Source: Macrostomum hystrix
Lineage: Eukaryota > Animalia > Platyhelminthes
Reading direction: 5' to 3'
Length of the DNA stretch: 64,000 nt
Assembly: GCA_950097015.1 (NCBI GenBank)
Contig: CATNEN010000012.1
Location: 2,790,001 to 2,854,000 of the forward strand
The position numbers and the translations under genes are program-made. Within the stretch, counting starts at the first letter, position 1. The number at the start of each line of letters is the position of its first letter. The notes below the pieces were generated by a model. The model had not been told where the DNA came from. It made no database searches and saw nothing but the letters and a program-made list of their open reading frames with translations. Positions 34,289 through 47,334 of this stretch are shown here, piece after piece.

Positions 34289-37200
34289 GTGAGCTAACTT
34301 TATTGATTCAGTAAATTCGGAAAATATTCACCTGCATTCTCTTTAAAATTAATTTTCTCTATCGGCATCTGCTCTCACATTCGTATCTATTTTTTACCTT
34401 TATTAGACTGTCTAACTTCTTATCACACCTGAATCACAATATCTAATCTCACCTGTGCCACAATATCTAATCTCACCTGTATCATAATATCTAATCTCAC
34501 CTGTATCATAATGTCTAATCTCACCTGTATCATAATATCTAATCTCACCTGTATCATAATGTCTCATCTCACCTGTATCACAATGTCTCATCTCACCTGT
34601 ATCACAATGTCTCATCTCACCTGTATCACAATATCTAATCTCACCTGTGCCACAATATCTAATCGCACCTGTATCACAATATCTCATCTCACCTGTATCA
34701 CAATATCTAATCTCACCTGTATCATAATATCTAATCGCACCTGTATCACAATATCTAATCGCACCTGTATCACAATATCTAATCTCACCTGTATCATAAT
34801 GTTTAATCTCACCTGTATCATAATGTTTAATCTCACCTGTATCACAATATCTAATCTCACCTGTATCACAATGTCTCATCTCACCTGTATCACAATATCT
34901 AATCTCACCTGTATCACAATGTCTCATCTCACCTGTATCACAATATCTAATCTCACCTGTATCACAATATCTAATCTCACCTGTAACATAATGTCTAATC
35001 TCACCTGTATCATAATATCTAATCTCACCTGTATCATGATATCTAATCTCACCTGTATCATAATGTTTAATCTCACCTGTATCATAATGTCTAATCTCAC
35101 CCTGTATCACAATATCTAATCTCACCTGTATCATAATGTTTAATCTCACCTGTATCACAATATCTAATCTCACCTGTATCACAATGTCTCATCTCACCTG
35201 TATCACAATATCTAATCTCACCTGTACCACAATATCTAATCTCACATATATCACGATATCTAATCTTACCCTGTATCAAATTCTCTAATGTAAAGTAAAT
35301 TAGAATCCCAGTTTCTGCCTAATTAGAAATGATGGATTATTAATGTGTCAAACTAATTCGTTAGATAGAAAAGTTTATGTTGAAAAGATTCCCTTAGTTT
35401 GAGGTAAATTAGAGCGAGTTAAATGCAAGTTGATTGCTGTGATTTCTCTGTTTTTGTCCTATCCAATGTGTTTCGATATTAGCCGCAGAAAAAGCATAAA
35501 AGACGCATCAGCTATTAAACTTTTATTCTGAGTTCATTCTATTAGAAACACGGGCGCATGTATGTAGCAGCAGCAGCAGCAGCCCAGTAATTTTATTTTA
35601 TATCAGTTGCTAAGGGCAGCCAGCTAATCTGCATTAAAGTCAACCGCCCTCTCTCTGTAGCCCATCATGCATACCCTTTCCAAAGCCTGTGCGTCATAGA
35701 TTGTGTTTTTTTGTACGGAAATACCGGACTAACGTGTACTTTTAGATCGATTCTTAATGCTACATCTCTCTGATCAACTGTTTGCTAATCGTGTCATGTG
35801 TGTTTAGATTAACTTTGGCACTGTTTTCATATCTTTCTTATCTCTTAGGCTCTGATCCCATCCCCCATCCCGTCTGCTCTTATTCTCTAATCTCATCTCT
35901 CCCATCCCGTCTGCTCTTATTCTCTAATCTCATCTCCCCCATCCCGTCTGCTCTTATTCTCTAATCTCATCTCTCCCATCCCGTCTGCTCTTACTCTCTA
36001 ATCTCATCTCTCCCATCCCGTCTGCTCTTACTCTCTAATCTCATCTCTCCCATCCCGTCTGCTCTTATTCTCTAATCTCATCTCTCCCATCCCGTCTGCT
36101 CTTATTCTCTAATCTCATCTCTCCCATCCCGTCTGCTCTTATTCTCTAATCTCATCTCCCCCATCCCGTCTGCTCTTATTCTCTAATCTCATCTCTCCCA
36201 TCCCGTCTGCTCTTACTCTCTAATCTCATCTCTCCCATCCCGTCTGCTCTTATTCTCTAATCTCATCTCTCCCATCCCGTCTGCTCTTATTCTCTAATCT
36301 CATCTCTCCCATCCCGTCTGCTCTTATTCTCTAATCTCATCTCTCCCATCCCGTCTGCTCTTATTCTCTAATCTCATCTCTCCCATCCCGTCTGCTCTTA
36401 TTCTCTAATCTCATCTCTCCCATCCAGTCTGCTCTTATTCTCTAATCTCATCTCTCCCATCCCGTCTGCTCTTATTTTCTAATCTCATCTCTCCCATCCT
36501 GTCTGCTCTTATTCTCTAATCTCATCTCTGCCATCCCGTCTGCTCTTATTCTCTAATCTCATCTCCCCCATCCCGTCTGCTCTTATTCTCTAATCTCATC
36601 TCTCCCATCCCGTCTGCTCTTATTCTCTAATCTCATCTCTCCCATCCCGTCTGCTCTTATTCTCTAATCTCATCTCTCCCATCCAGTCTGCTCTTATTCT
36701 CTAATCTCATCTCTCCCATCCCGTCTGCTCTTATTCTCTAATCTCATCTCTCCCATCCCGTCTGCTCTTTTTCTCTAATCTCATCTCTCCCATCCAGTCT
36801 GCACTTATTCTCTAATCTCATCTCTCCCATCCCGTCTGCTCTTATTCTCTAATCTCATCTCCCCCCATCCCGTCTGCTCTTATTCTCTAATCTCATCTCT
36901 CCCATCCCGTCTGCTCTTATTCTCTAATCTCATCTCCCCCATCCCGTCTGCTCTTATTCTCTAATCTCATCTCCCCCATCCCGTCTGCTCTTATTCTCTA
37001 ATCTCATCTCTCCCATCCCGTCTGCTCTTATTTTCTAATCTCATCTCTCCCATCCCGTCTGCTCTTATTCTTTAATCTCATCTCTGCCATCCCGTCTGCT
37101 CTTATTCTCTAATCTCATCTCTCCCATCCTAGGTCTTGGTAGATCTGGGTGCGGATTCGAACTTTTGAACCTTCTCGTCCAAGATTGTTGTCGCTTTTGC

Positions 37201-40200
37201 TTTTGCAAAGCTTGCTTAGATGCCATCTGTTCCAACAGTGATTCCCTGATCAATGCGCCTTGTTCTGAAAGCTTTTAAGACAATTGTCACCTATTTTTTC
37301 TGGCGCGCAATTTCGTCAATGCATTGCATTTCTTTAACGCCCTCTTTTTTTGGCAGCCCCAAAAGACGGATCGGGAAATCGCAAACTCTTTGTAGTATTC
37401 GCCCGTCCCCATTCCCCAAATTTCCCATCGCCGAATTTCCGGTCTATCCCAAAAATCCTTCCTTAACCCTCCCTCCGATGGAATCAGCAGCGAAACGGCC
37501 AAGGGATGGGAACATTAGGAAGGCCCGAACGCCGCATCCTGCACACACGATATGTAGTCAACCTGCGAGCGTCTAGGAGGTTGACCGCGATGGGATGAAG
37601 TACCCAGAGTGCCCATGGCGCATCAGCATGCACTTGCCCTGGCCTCCCCTCCAGAATCACTCGATCCTCTGACGCGCTTAGCCTTCGGAAAACTCTGGCT
37701 TCAAGAGGCCGTCCGGATTAACGCCACTTCTGTGACATTAATCCCACTTACCAGTCTTTCCACTGCCCTGCCATTACACACACACCCTGCCATTACACAC
37801 ACACCCTGCCATTACATACACACCCTGCCATTACATGCACACCCTGCCATTACACACACACCCTGCCATTACATACACACCCTGCCATTACATACACACC
37901 CTGCCATTACATACACACCCTGCCATTACATACACACCCTGCCATTACACACACACCCTGCCATTACATACACACCCTGCCATTACATACACACCCTGCC
38001 ATTATATGCACACCCTGCCATTACATACACACCCTGCCATTACATACACACCCTGCCATTACATACACACCCTGCCATTACACACACACCCTGCCATTAC
38101 ATACACACCCTGCCATTATATACACACCCTGCCATTACATACACACCCTGCCATTACATACACACCCTGCCATTACATACACACCCTGCCATTACATGCA
38201 CACCCTGCCATTACATACACACCCTGCCATTACATACACACCCTGCCATTGCATACACACCCTGCCATTACATACACACCCTGCCATTATATACACACCC
38301 TGCCATTACATACACACCCTGCCATTACATACACACCCTGCCATTACATACACACCCTGCCATTATATACACACCCTGCCATTACATACACACCCTGCCA
38401 TTACATACACACCCTGCCATTACATACACACCCTGCCATTGCATACACACCCTACCATTACATACACACCCTGCCATTATGTACACACCCTGCCATTAAA
38501 TACACACCCTGCCATTATATACACACCCTGCCATTATATACATGGCCTACTAGTCTATGTACTCGTATAATGCCATTATATACGAGCCTAGTAATCTATC
38601 CACCAGTCTCCCGTTTTATAACTGTCGTGTCTTCTATAAAGCTGATAGCTCGTAGTACCTTTATTTGTTTAGAATTTTTTTCTTGTGATTAGTGTGTCAT
38701 TCTACTTCTAGTAGCCTACTTACAATATCAAGATTTTGCTCGAAATAAAACAATTCATCCGATTTTTCGTGTTGATTTTTTTAGTAAAATCAAGCCTAAA
38801 TCTACAGTAATTCTTTCTGAAAATCTATCCGAATCTACAGTAATACTTTCTGAAAATCTATCCGAATCTACAGTAATACTTTCTGAAAATCTATCCGAAT
38901 CTACAGTAATTCTTTCTGAAAATCTATTCCGAATCTACAGTAATTCTTTCTGAAAATCTACCCGAATCTACAGTAATTCTTTCTGAAAATCTATCCGAAT
39001 CTACAGTAATTCTTTCTGAAAATCTATCCGAATCTACAGTAATTCTTTCCGAAAATCTATCCGAATCTACAGTAATTCTTTCTGAAAATCTATTCCGAAT
39101 CTACAGTAATTCTTTCTGAAAATCTATTCCGAATCTACAGTAATTCTTTCTGAAAATCTACCCGAATCTACAGCAATTCTTTCTGAAAATCTATTCCGAA
39201 TCTACAGTAATTCTTTCTGAAAATCTACCCGAATCTACAGTAATACTTTCTGAAAATCTATTCCGAATCTACAGTTATTCTTTCTGAAAATCTATCCGAA
39301 TCTACAGTAATTCTTTCCGAAAATCTATCCGAATCTACAGTAATTCTTTCTGAAAATCTACCCGAATCTACAGCAATTCTTTCTGAAAATCTATTCCGAA
39401 TCTACAGTAATTCTTTCTGAAAATCTACCTGAATCTACAGCAATTCTTTCTGAAAATCTATTCCGAATCTACAGTAATTCTTTCTGAAAATCTACCTGAA
39501 TCTACAGCAATTCTTTCTGAAAATCTATTCCGAATCTACAGTAATTCTTTCTGAAAATCTACCCGAATCTACAGCAATTCTTTCTGAAAATCTATTCCGA
39601 ATCTACAGCAATTCTTTCTGAAAATCTATTCCGAATCTACAGCAATTCTTTCTGAAAATCTATTCCGAATCTACAGTAATTCTTTTTGAAAATCTACCCG
39701 AATCTACAGTAATTCTTTCCGAAAATCTATCCGAATCTACAGTAATTCTTTCCGAAAATCTATCCGAATCTACAGTAATTCTTTCCGAAAATCTATCCGA
39801 ATCTACAGTAATTCTTTCTGAAAATCTATTCCGAATCTACAGTAGTTCCTTCCGAAAATCTATCCGAATCTACAGTAATTCCTTCCGAAAATCTATCCGA
39901 ATCTACAGTAATTCCTTCCGAAAATCTATCCGAATCTACAGTAATTCCTTCCGAAAATCTATCCGAATCTACTCATTCATCATCTTTAGGTGCTGGATGA
40001 CATCGACAAAGACCTGAGCCGGCAGTTCCCGCATCACGAGCTGTTTGTACAGGACCAGGGCCACGGCCAGCAGGCTTTGCGCCGCCTATTGCAAGCCTAC
40101 GCCGGTTGCCACCCGGAAGTTGGCTATTGCCAGGCAATGGCACCGCTAGCTGGCGCTTTGCTGCTGCACATGCCCGAGCTAGACGCATTTTACACAATGA

Positions 40201-41793
40201 CCAGTCTGTTTGACACTTATATGTGCGACTATTTCCGACCCGGCCTGGAGACTGTCCAAGTCGATGGTCAAATTCTCTACGGCCTGTTGAAACGGCTCAG
40301 CCCGGATGTTTACAGGCATCTGGTCAAATTCAAGGTCGAGCCGTTGCACTTTATGGTTGACTGGTTCATGTGCCTGTTTGTTAGAAACCTGCCCTGGCCC
40401 ACACTACTCAGGGTTTGGGATGTCTACTTTTGCGAAGGTGAGTCAGTTGGTCCTTTAGGTCTGGTGGAAATCAATAAAATATCGAGCCAGATGCGTCAGT
40501 GATAGAAAGTAACGAGCCAGATGCGTCAGTGATAGAAAGTAACGAGCCAGATGCGTCAGTGATAGAAAGTAACGAGCCAGATGCGTCAGTGATAGAAAGT
40601 AACGAGCCAGATGCGCCAGTGATAGAAAGTAACGAGCCAGATGCGTCAGTGATATAAAGTAACGGGTCAGATGCGCCAGTGATAGAAAGTAACGGGTCAG
40701 ATGCGCCAGTGATAGAAAGTAACGGGTCAGATGCGCCAGTGATAGAAAGTAACGGGTCAGATGCGTCAGTGCTAGAAAGTAACGGGTCAGATGCGCCAGT
40801 GATAGAAAGTAACGGGTCAGATGCGCCAGTGATAGAAAGTAACGGGTCAGATGCGTCAGTGATAGAAAGTAACGGGTCAGATGCGCAAGTGATAGAAAGT
40901 AACGAGCCAGATGCGCCAGTGATAGAAAGTAACGGGTCAGATGCGTCAGTGATAGAAAGTAACGGGTCAGATGCGTCAGTGATTGAAAGTAACGGGTCAG
41001 ATGGGTCAGTGCTAGAAAGTAACGGGTCAGATGGGTCAGTGCTAGAAAGTAACGGGTCAGATGGGTCAGTGCTAGAAAGTAACGGGTCAGATGGGTTAGT
41101 GATGGACTGAGTCAGATGTATAAGTGATTAAAAGTAACGAGCCGGATAGCTCATATTTTGAACATATCGAGTCAATAAATCAGTGGTAAAGCCTAAAAAA
41201 TTTTTGGATCAGCTGTACATTGTAATGGGTCCGGTAAGTTAGTGGTGGAAAGTAACGAGACAGGTGATTTGGCGGTATAAAAGTAACGAACGAAACAAAT
41301 TAACGATTTCTACTTTACGTCGATAGAAATCGACGAATTGAATGGATCAGTGGTAGAAAGTAACGAAATAAATATATCTGCGGTAGAAAGTAACGAAATA
41401 AATATATCTGCGGTAGAAAGTAACGAAATAAATATATCTGCGGTAGGAAGTTACAAATTAAATAGATAAGCAACTACGCTCGTAGTTAGGTGTCTGTCCG
41501 CCCGAATTATCGCAGGTGTGAAGATCATCTTCCGGGTGGCCATCGCCCTCCTGAACGGCGTCCTAGGCACTTCGCAGCAGCGCCGCCACCTCAGGTCGTT
41601 CGAGGACACGCTAGACTGCCTGCGCAACCTGCCGGGCAAGGTGACGGAGGCCTCCAGCCTGCTGCCAGCCGCCCTGCTGCTGGAATTGTCGGCTAAAGAT
41701 TTTGAGCAAGAGCACGACAAGCAGTTGAAGAAGTTCAATCAGAGGAAGCAACTGCGGCAGCAGATGCAGCACGATACTGGTGCGGCTGTCTGA
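33929..41793 (+). CDS. TBC1D10: TBC1D10 / EPI64-like Rab GTPase-activating protein, 3 exons, no in-frame ATG at the 5' end
   Basis: Exons 33929-34288, 39990-40437, 41516-41793 with matching phases. DRYGF, REKKWLQMF..W, LRERCRKGIPDSVRARAWYYLCG, IDKDLSRQFP (Arg finger), GYCQAMAP (Gln finger), WFMCLF..LPW..LRVWDVYFCEG-VKIIFRVAIALL. The RQFP-HE-F..GHGQQ-L pattern is characteristic of TBC1D10. Confidence 0.93.
34425..35275. repeat. Minisatellite, 24-nt unit atatctaatctcacctgtatcaca
   Basis: Direct reading. Confidence 0.96.
35855..37130. repeat. Minisatellite, 37-nt unit ctctaatctcatctctcccatcccgtctgctcttatt
   Basis: Direct reading. Confidence 0.96.
37765..38545. repeat. Minisatellite, 19-nt unit ccctgccattacatacaca
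   Basis: Direct reading. Confidence 0.96.
38800..39972. repeat. Minisatellite, 33/34-nt unit gaatctacagtaattctttctgaaaatctatcc
   Basis: Ends about 17 nt before the TBC acceptor at 39989. Confidence 0.96.
39990..40437 (+). CDS. TBC1D10: TBC1D10-like catalytic exon
   Basis: ctttag|GTG to G|gtgagt; IxxDxxR and YxQ motifs intact. Confidence 0.95.
40478..41100. repeat. Minisatellite, 30-nt unit gatagaaagtaacgggtcagatgcgccagt
   Basis: Starts about 40 nt after the TBC donor at 40438. Confidence 0.95.
41350..41450. repeat. Three copies of 30-nt cggtagaaagtaacgaaataaatatatctg
   Basis: Shares tagaaagtaacg with the previous array. Confidence 0.85.
41516..41793 (+). CDS. TBC1D10: TBC1D10-like last coding exon
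   Basis: tcgcag|GT; GVKIIFRVAIALLNGVLG..HDTGAAV*. Confidence 0.92.
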
Positions 41794-42036
41794 TTGATTC
41801 TTGGGAAAACCTGTTCCGTAGTCTTTAGTGATCCCAATATTACTCGAGAGCCTTCCCCAAGTCAGAATTGTGTGATTAATTCTCTGTTTTGTATTTCCTT
41901 AGTTTTGCTGTTCCCCGCTGCTGAATTGTTCGACTTAATCAGAATTTTTTAAAGCTGTTTTCGTTTGCTGCTTCACTTGGCCGTGTGTTTTGGGTGCTTT
42001 AAACTGTTAGTACCAGCGAGAACTGCAGCTGGGTCA

Positions 42037-42563
42037 ACCTCAAATACAGACTCACCAGCCTCAAATACAGACTCACCAGCCTCAAATACAGACTCACCAG
42101 CCTCAAATACAGACTCACCAGCCTCAAATACAGACTCACCAGCCTCAAATACAGACTCACCAGCCTCGAATACAGACTCACCAACCTCGAATACAGACTC
42201 ACCAACCTCAAATACAGACTCACCAGCCTCAAATACAGACTCACCAGCCTCAAATACAGACTCACCAGCCTCAAATACAGACTCACCAGCCTCAAATACA
42301 GACTCACCAGCCTCAAATACAGACTCACCAGCCTCAAATACAGACTCACCAGCCTCAAATACAGACTCACCAGCCTCAAATACAGACTCACCAACCTCGA
42401 ATACAGACTCACCAACCTCAAATACAGACTCACCAGCCTCAAATACAGACTCACCAGCCTCAAATACAGACTCACCAGCCTCAAATACAGACTCACCAGC
42501 CTCAAATACAGACTCACCAGCCTCAAATACAGACTCACCAGCCTCAAATACAGACTCACCAAC
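42037..42563. repeat. Minisatellite, 21-nt unit cctcaaatacagactcaccag
   Basis: Direct reading. Confidence 0.96.
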
Positions 42564-42939
42564 ATGCTAGTATGCAGTAGTCAGAGGTGCTATGGTGTTA
42601 GTGTTTATTGTGAATTTATTTAAACCGCTAAGCCAATCAATGGGTTGTTTCTCGCGCTTATGAATTTTAATCGTGGCTATTATATACTAGTTTTGTTTTA
42701 AAAAAGCTTTCGACTGTTGTGTTAGGTTTCTAGACTTTTTGCTACTGTAAGTTTTTTAAGTACTCTGTCCACATCTCTCATGACCGAATCTTTTATATTG
42801 CACTGCTCATTTACTGCTCTCCATGCAATAAGATAATGTATGTAAATTATTAGCTTTCAGTTTGCTTGTTAATTCTCGTAGATTCTTTTGTTAAACTGTG
42901 GCTAGTCTAATGCTAGTCTTTTGATTTGGTTCAGTGTGT

Positions 42940-45900
42940 CTCCCTATTCTTCTCCTTCTCCCATTCTACCCCTTCTCCCTATCCTTCTCCTTCTCCCATT
43001 CTACCCCTTCTCCCTATCCTTCTCCTTCTCCCATTCTACCCCTTCTCCCTATCCTTCTCCTTCTCCCATTCTACCCCTTCTCCCTATCCTTCTCCTTCTC
43101 CCATTCTACCCCTTCTCCCTATCCTTCTCCTTCTCCCATTCTACCCCTTCTCTCTATTCTTCTCCTTCTCCCATTCTACCCCTTCTCCCTATTCTTCTCC
43201 TTCTCCCATTCTACCCCTTCTCCCTATTCTTCTCCTTCTCCCATTCTACCCCTTCTCCCTATCCTTCTCCTTCTCCCATTCTACCCCTTCTCCCTATCCT
43301 TCTCCTTCTCCCATTCTACCCCTTCTCCCTATCCTTCTCCTTCTCCCATTCTACCCCTTCTCTCTATTATTCTCCTTCTCCCATTCTACCCCTTCTCCCT
43401 ATCCTTCTCCTTCTCCCATTCTACCCCTTCTCTCTATTATTCTCCTTCTCCCATTCTACCCCTTCTCCCTATTATTCTCCTTCTCCCATTCTACCCCTTC
43501 TCCCTATCCTTCTCCTTCTCCCATTCTACCCCTTCTCCCTATCCTTCTCCTTCTCCCATTCTACCCCTTCTCCCTATCCTTCTCCTTCTCCCATTCTACC
43601 CCTTCTCTCTATTATTCTCCTTCTCCCATTCTACCCCTTCTCCCTATTATTCTCCTTCTCCCATTCTACCCCTTCTCCCTATCCTTCTCCTTCTCCCATT
43701 CTACCCCTTCTCCCTATCCTTCTCCTTCTCCCATTCTACCCCTTCTCCCTATCCTTCTCCTTCTCCCATTCTACCCCTTCTCCCTATTATTCTCCTTCTC
43801 CCATTCTACCCCTTCTCCCTATCCTTCTCCTTCTCCCATTCTACCCCTTCTCCCTATTCTTCTCCTTCTCCCATTTTACCCCTTCTCCCTATTCTTCTCC
43901 TTCTCCCATTCTACCCCTTCTCCCTATTATTCTCCTTCTCCCATTCTACCCCTTCTCCCTATCCTTCTCCTTCTCCCATTCTACCCCTTCTCCCTATCCT
44001 TCTCCTTCTCCCATTCTACCCCTTCTCCCTATCCTTCTCCTTCTCCCATTCTACCCCTTCTCCCTATTATTCTCCTTCTCCCATTCTACCCCTTCTCCCT
44101 ATCCTTCTCCTTCTCCCATTCTACCCCTTCTCCCTATCCTTCTCCTTCTCCCATTCTACCCCTTCTCCCTATCCTTCTCCTTCTCCCATTCTACCCCTTC
44201 TCCCTATCCTTCTCCTTCTCCCATTCTACCCCTTCTCCCTATTCTTCTCCTTCTCCCATTCTACCCCTTCTCCCTATTATTCTCCTTCTCCCATTCTACC
44301 CCTTCTCCCTATTCTTCTCCTTCTCCCATTCTACCCCTTCTTCCTATTCTTCTCCTTCTCCCATTCTACCCCTTCTCCCTATCCTTCTCCTTCTCCCATT
44401 CTACCCCTTCTCCCTATCCTTCTCCTTCTCCCATTCTACCCCTTCTCCCTATCCTTCTCCTTCTCCCATTCTACCCCTTCTCCCTATTCTTCTCCTTCTC
44501 CCATTCTACCCCTTCTCCCTATCCTTCTCCTTCTCCCATTCTACCCCTTCTCCATATTATTCTCCTTCTCCCATTCTACCCCTTCTCCCTATCCTTCTCC
44601 TTCTCCCATTCTACCCCTTCTCCCTATCCTTCTCCTTCTCCCATTCTACCCCTTCTCCCTATTCTTCTCCTTCTCCCATTCTACCCCTTCTCCCTATCCT
44701 TCTCCTTCTCCCATTCTACCCCTTCTCCCTATCCTTCTCCTTCTCCCATTCTACCCCTTCTCCCTATTATTCTCCTTCTCCCATTCTACCCCTTCTCCCT
44801 ATCCTTCTCCTTCTCCCATTCTACCCCTTCTCCCTATCCTTCTCCTTCTCCCATTCTACCCCTTCTCCCTATCCTTCTCCTTCTCCCATTCTACCCCTTC
44901 TCCCTATCCTTCTCCTTCTCCCATTCTACCCCTTCTCCCTATCCTTCTCCTTCTCCCATTCTACCCCTTCTCCCTATCCTTCTCCTTCTCCCATTCTACC
45001 CCTTCTCCCTATTATTCTCCTTCTCCCATTCTACCCCTTCTCCCTATCCTTCTCCTTCTCCCATTCTACCCCTTCTCCCTATTATTCTCCTTCTCCCATT
45101 CTACCCCTTCTCCCTATCCTTCTCCTTCTCCCATTCTACCCCTTCTCCCTATTCTTCTCCTTCTCCCATTTTACCCCTTCTCCCTATTCTTCTCCTTCTC
45201 CCATTCTACCCCTTCTCCCTATTATTCTCCTTCTCCCATTCTACCCCTTCTCCCTATCCTTCTCCTTCTCCCATTCTACCCCTTCTCCCTATCCTTCTCC
45301 TTCTCCCATTCTACCCCTTCTCCCTATCCTTCTCCTTCTCCCATTCTACCCCTTCTCCCTATTATTCTCCTTCTCCCATTCTACCCCTTCTCCCTATCCT
45401 TCTCCTTCTCCCATTCTACCCCTTCTCCCTATCCTTCTCCTTCTCCCATTCTACCCCTTCTCCCTATCCTTCTCCTTCTCCCATTCTACCCCTTCTCCCT
45501 ATCCTTCTCCTTCTCCCATTCTACCCCTTCTCCCTATTATTCTCCTTCTCCCATTCTACCCCTTCTCCCTATTCTTCTCCTTCTCCCATTCTACCCCTTC
45601 TCCCTATCCTTCTCCTTCTCCCATTCTACCCCTTCTCCCTATCCTTCTCCTTCTCCCATTCTACCCCTTCTCCCTATCCTTCTCCTTCTCCCATTCTACC
45701 CCTTCTCCCTATTCTTCTCCTTCTCCCATTCTACCCCTTCTTCCTATTCTTCTCCTTCTCCCATTCTACCCCTTCTCCCTATTCTTCTCCTTCTCCCATT
45801 CTACCCCTTCTCTCTATTCTTCTCCTCCCATTCTACCCCTTCTCCCTATCCTTCTCCTTCTCCCATTCTACCCCTTCTCCCTATTCTTCTCCTTCTCCCA

Positions 45901-46190
45901 TTCTACCCCTTCTCCCTATCCTTCTCCTTCTCCCATTCTACCCCTTCTCCCTATCCTTCTCCTTCTCCCATTCTACCCCTTCTCCCTATCCTTCTCCTTC
46001 TCCCATTCTACCCCTTCTCCCTATTCTTCTCCTTCTCCCATTCTACCCCTTCTTCCTATTCTTCTCCTTCTCCCATTCTACCCCTTCTCCCTATTCTTCT
46101 CCTTCTCCCATTCTACCCCTTCTCTCTATTCTTCTCCTCCCATTCTACCCCTTCTCCCTATCCTTCTCCTTATCCCATTCTACCCCTTCT
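42940..46190. repeat. Pyrimidine-rich minisatellite, 35-nt unit ccttctccttctcccattctaccccttctccctat, about 90 copies
   Basis: Source of the three 1100-aa ORFs. Confidence 0.97.
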
Positions 46191-47334
46191 CCATTTTCTT
46201 AGCATTTCCAATCTCCCCTCTTCACTATTCCTCTCCCCTCTCTGTCTGTATGTTTGTGTTCTGTGTGTGAGTTCTATGGCCTGCCTCTATTAGTCTTACA
46301 CTTCTTTAATCATATCTTCACTTTCTCTGTGGATTGCTAATCTATGTTCGCGCCTGATGCCCCATCGAGTATACGCTGATGTAACGGATTTGATGTCACA
46401 TTTCTGTACTCATAAATCTGCAATTATTAAATTTTTGTATCTCAAACGCCTGGCATCTCGCGCTTAACATGCTAGCTCAGCTTAGAGTTCTGCTTAGCGT
46501 GTTCCCTGTTCATTCACGTCATTTACAAACAATCGTCACAGAATCGAACGTATGTAAATCGTTTTAATCTAGTTGATTTTTTTTACATGAAAACCTACTC
46601 CACCTTCACGTGTCTGTAACAATTTTTTCACTTTTAGTTTCTAAGAAAGATGTCGTGTTTCTCAATTCGATTCAATCTAACCTCTATTTGAATTTTTAAC
46701 CGCTAATTTTCGCTAGTTGCTACTTACAACGCGCCGAACCGGTGTTGATAAGTAGTGCAGTGCACATTTTTTGTTTTTTTTAATCAGCATAAAATCTGCT
46801 TTATTTCTAATTTTGAGTTGCTAAAGCTGGCCAATCTTCCGCTTGCTTAAATGTTCGTCTTTATTTGTAAAAGTTTTTAATAAAATATGAGTATGTATGT
46901 ATATTTATTTATTATGGCATAGTCATGTAAATAAGGTGTTTCGAAATAAAGTACAAATTATCACATAATACTACGGCTAATTGAAACCGCATGCTTCAAT
47001 TTGTGTATAATTTCTCTGCCTAGCAACTTAGTCGTCATATAAATTCAATCAATTTATATAGTACTGAACGCAACAAGACATTTGTATGATTTGTGTGTTC
47101 TTTGAACTTTTTAGAAAGTTATATAAATATGTTATAAATATATGCCTACATTAGCAGACCTGAAATCTGACACAGAACTGAACAGTGTTTCTGATGCTGT
47201 TTATTTATTGTTAGTTTATTATTACTGATTTACATTCACGGCGAATCGAAATATTGTTAATGATTCTGTGTTCTCTCTGTGTTTCATTTGAGGTATGACA
47301 GTTCATGCCAGTCAGAATATTAACTTGAATATTA

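Noticed and set aside
42921-46293. Three ORFs of about 1100 aa, and all other periodic ORFs (ILGSEES, SESESE, TYPPCLSV, RRESGGD etc.)
   Set aside because: They are translations of stop-free tandem repeats, open in several frames and on both strands, with no splice or homology support.
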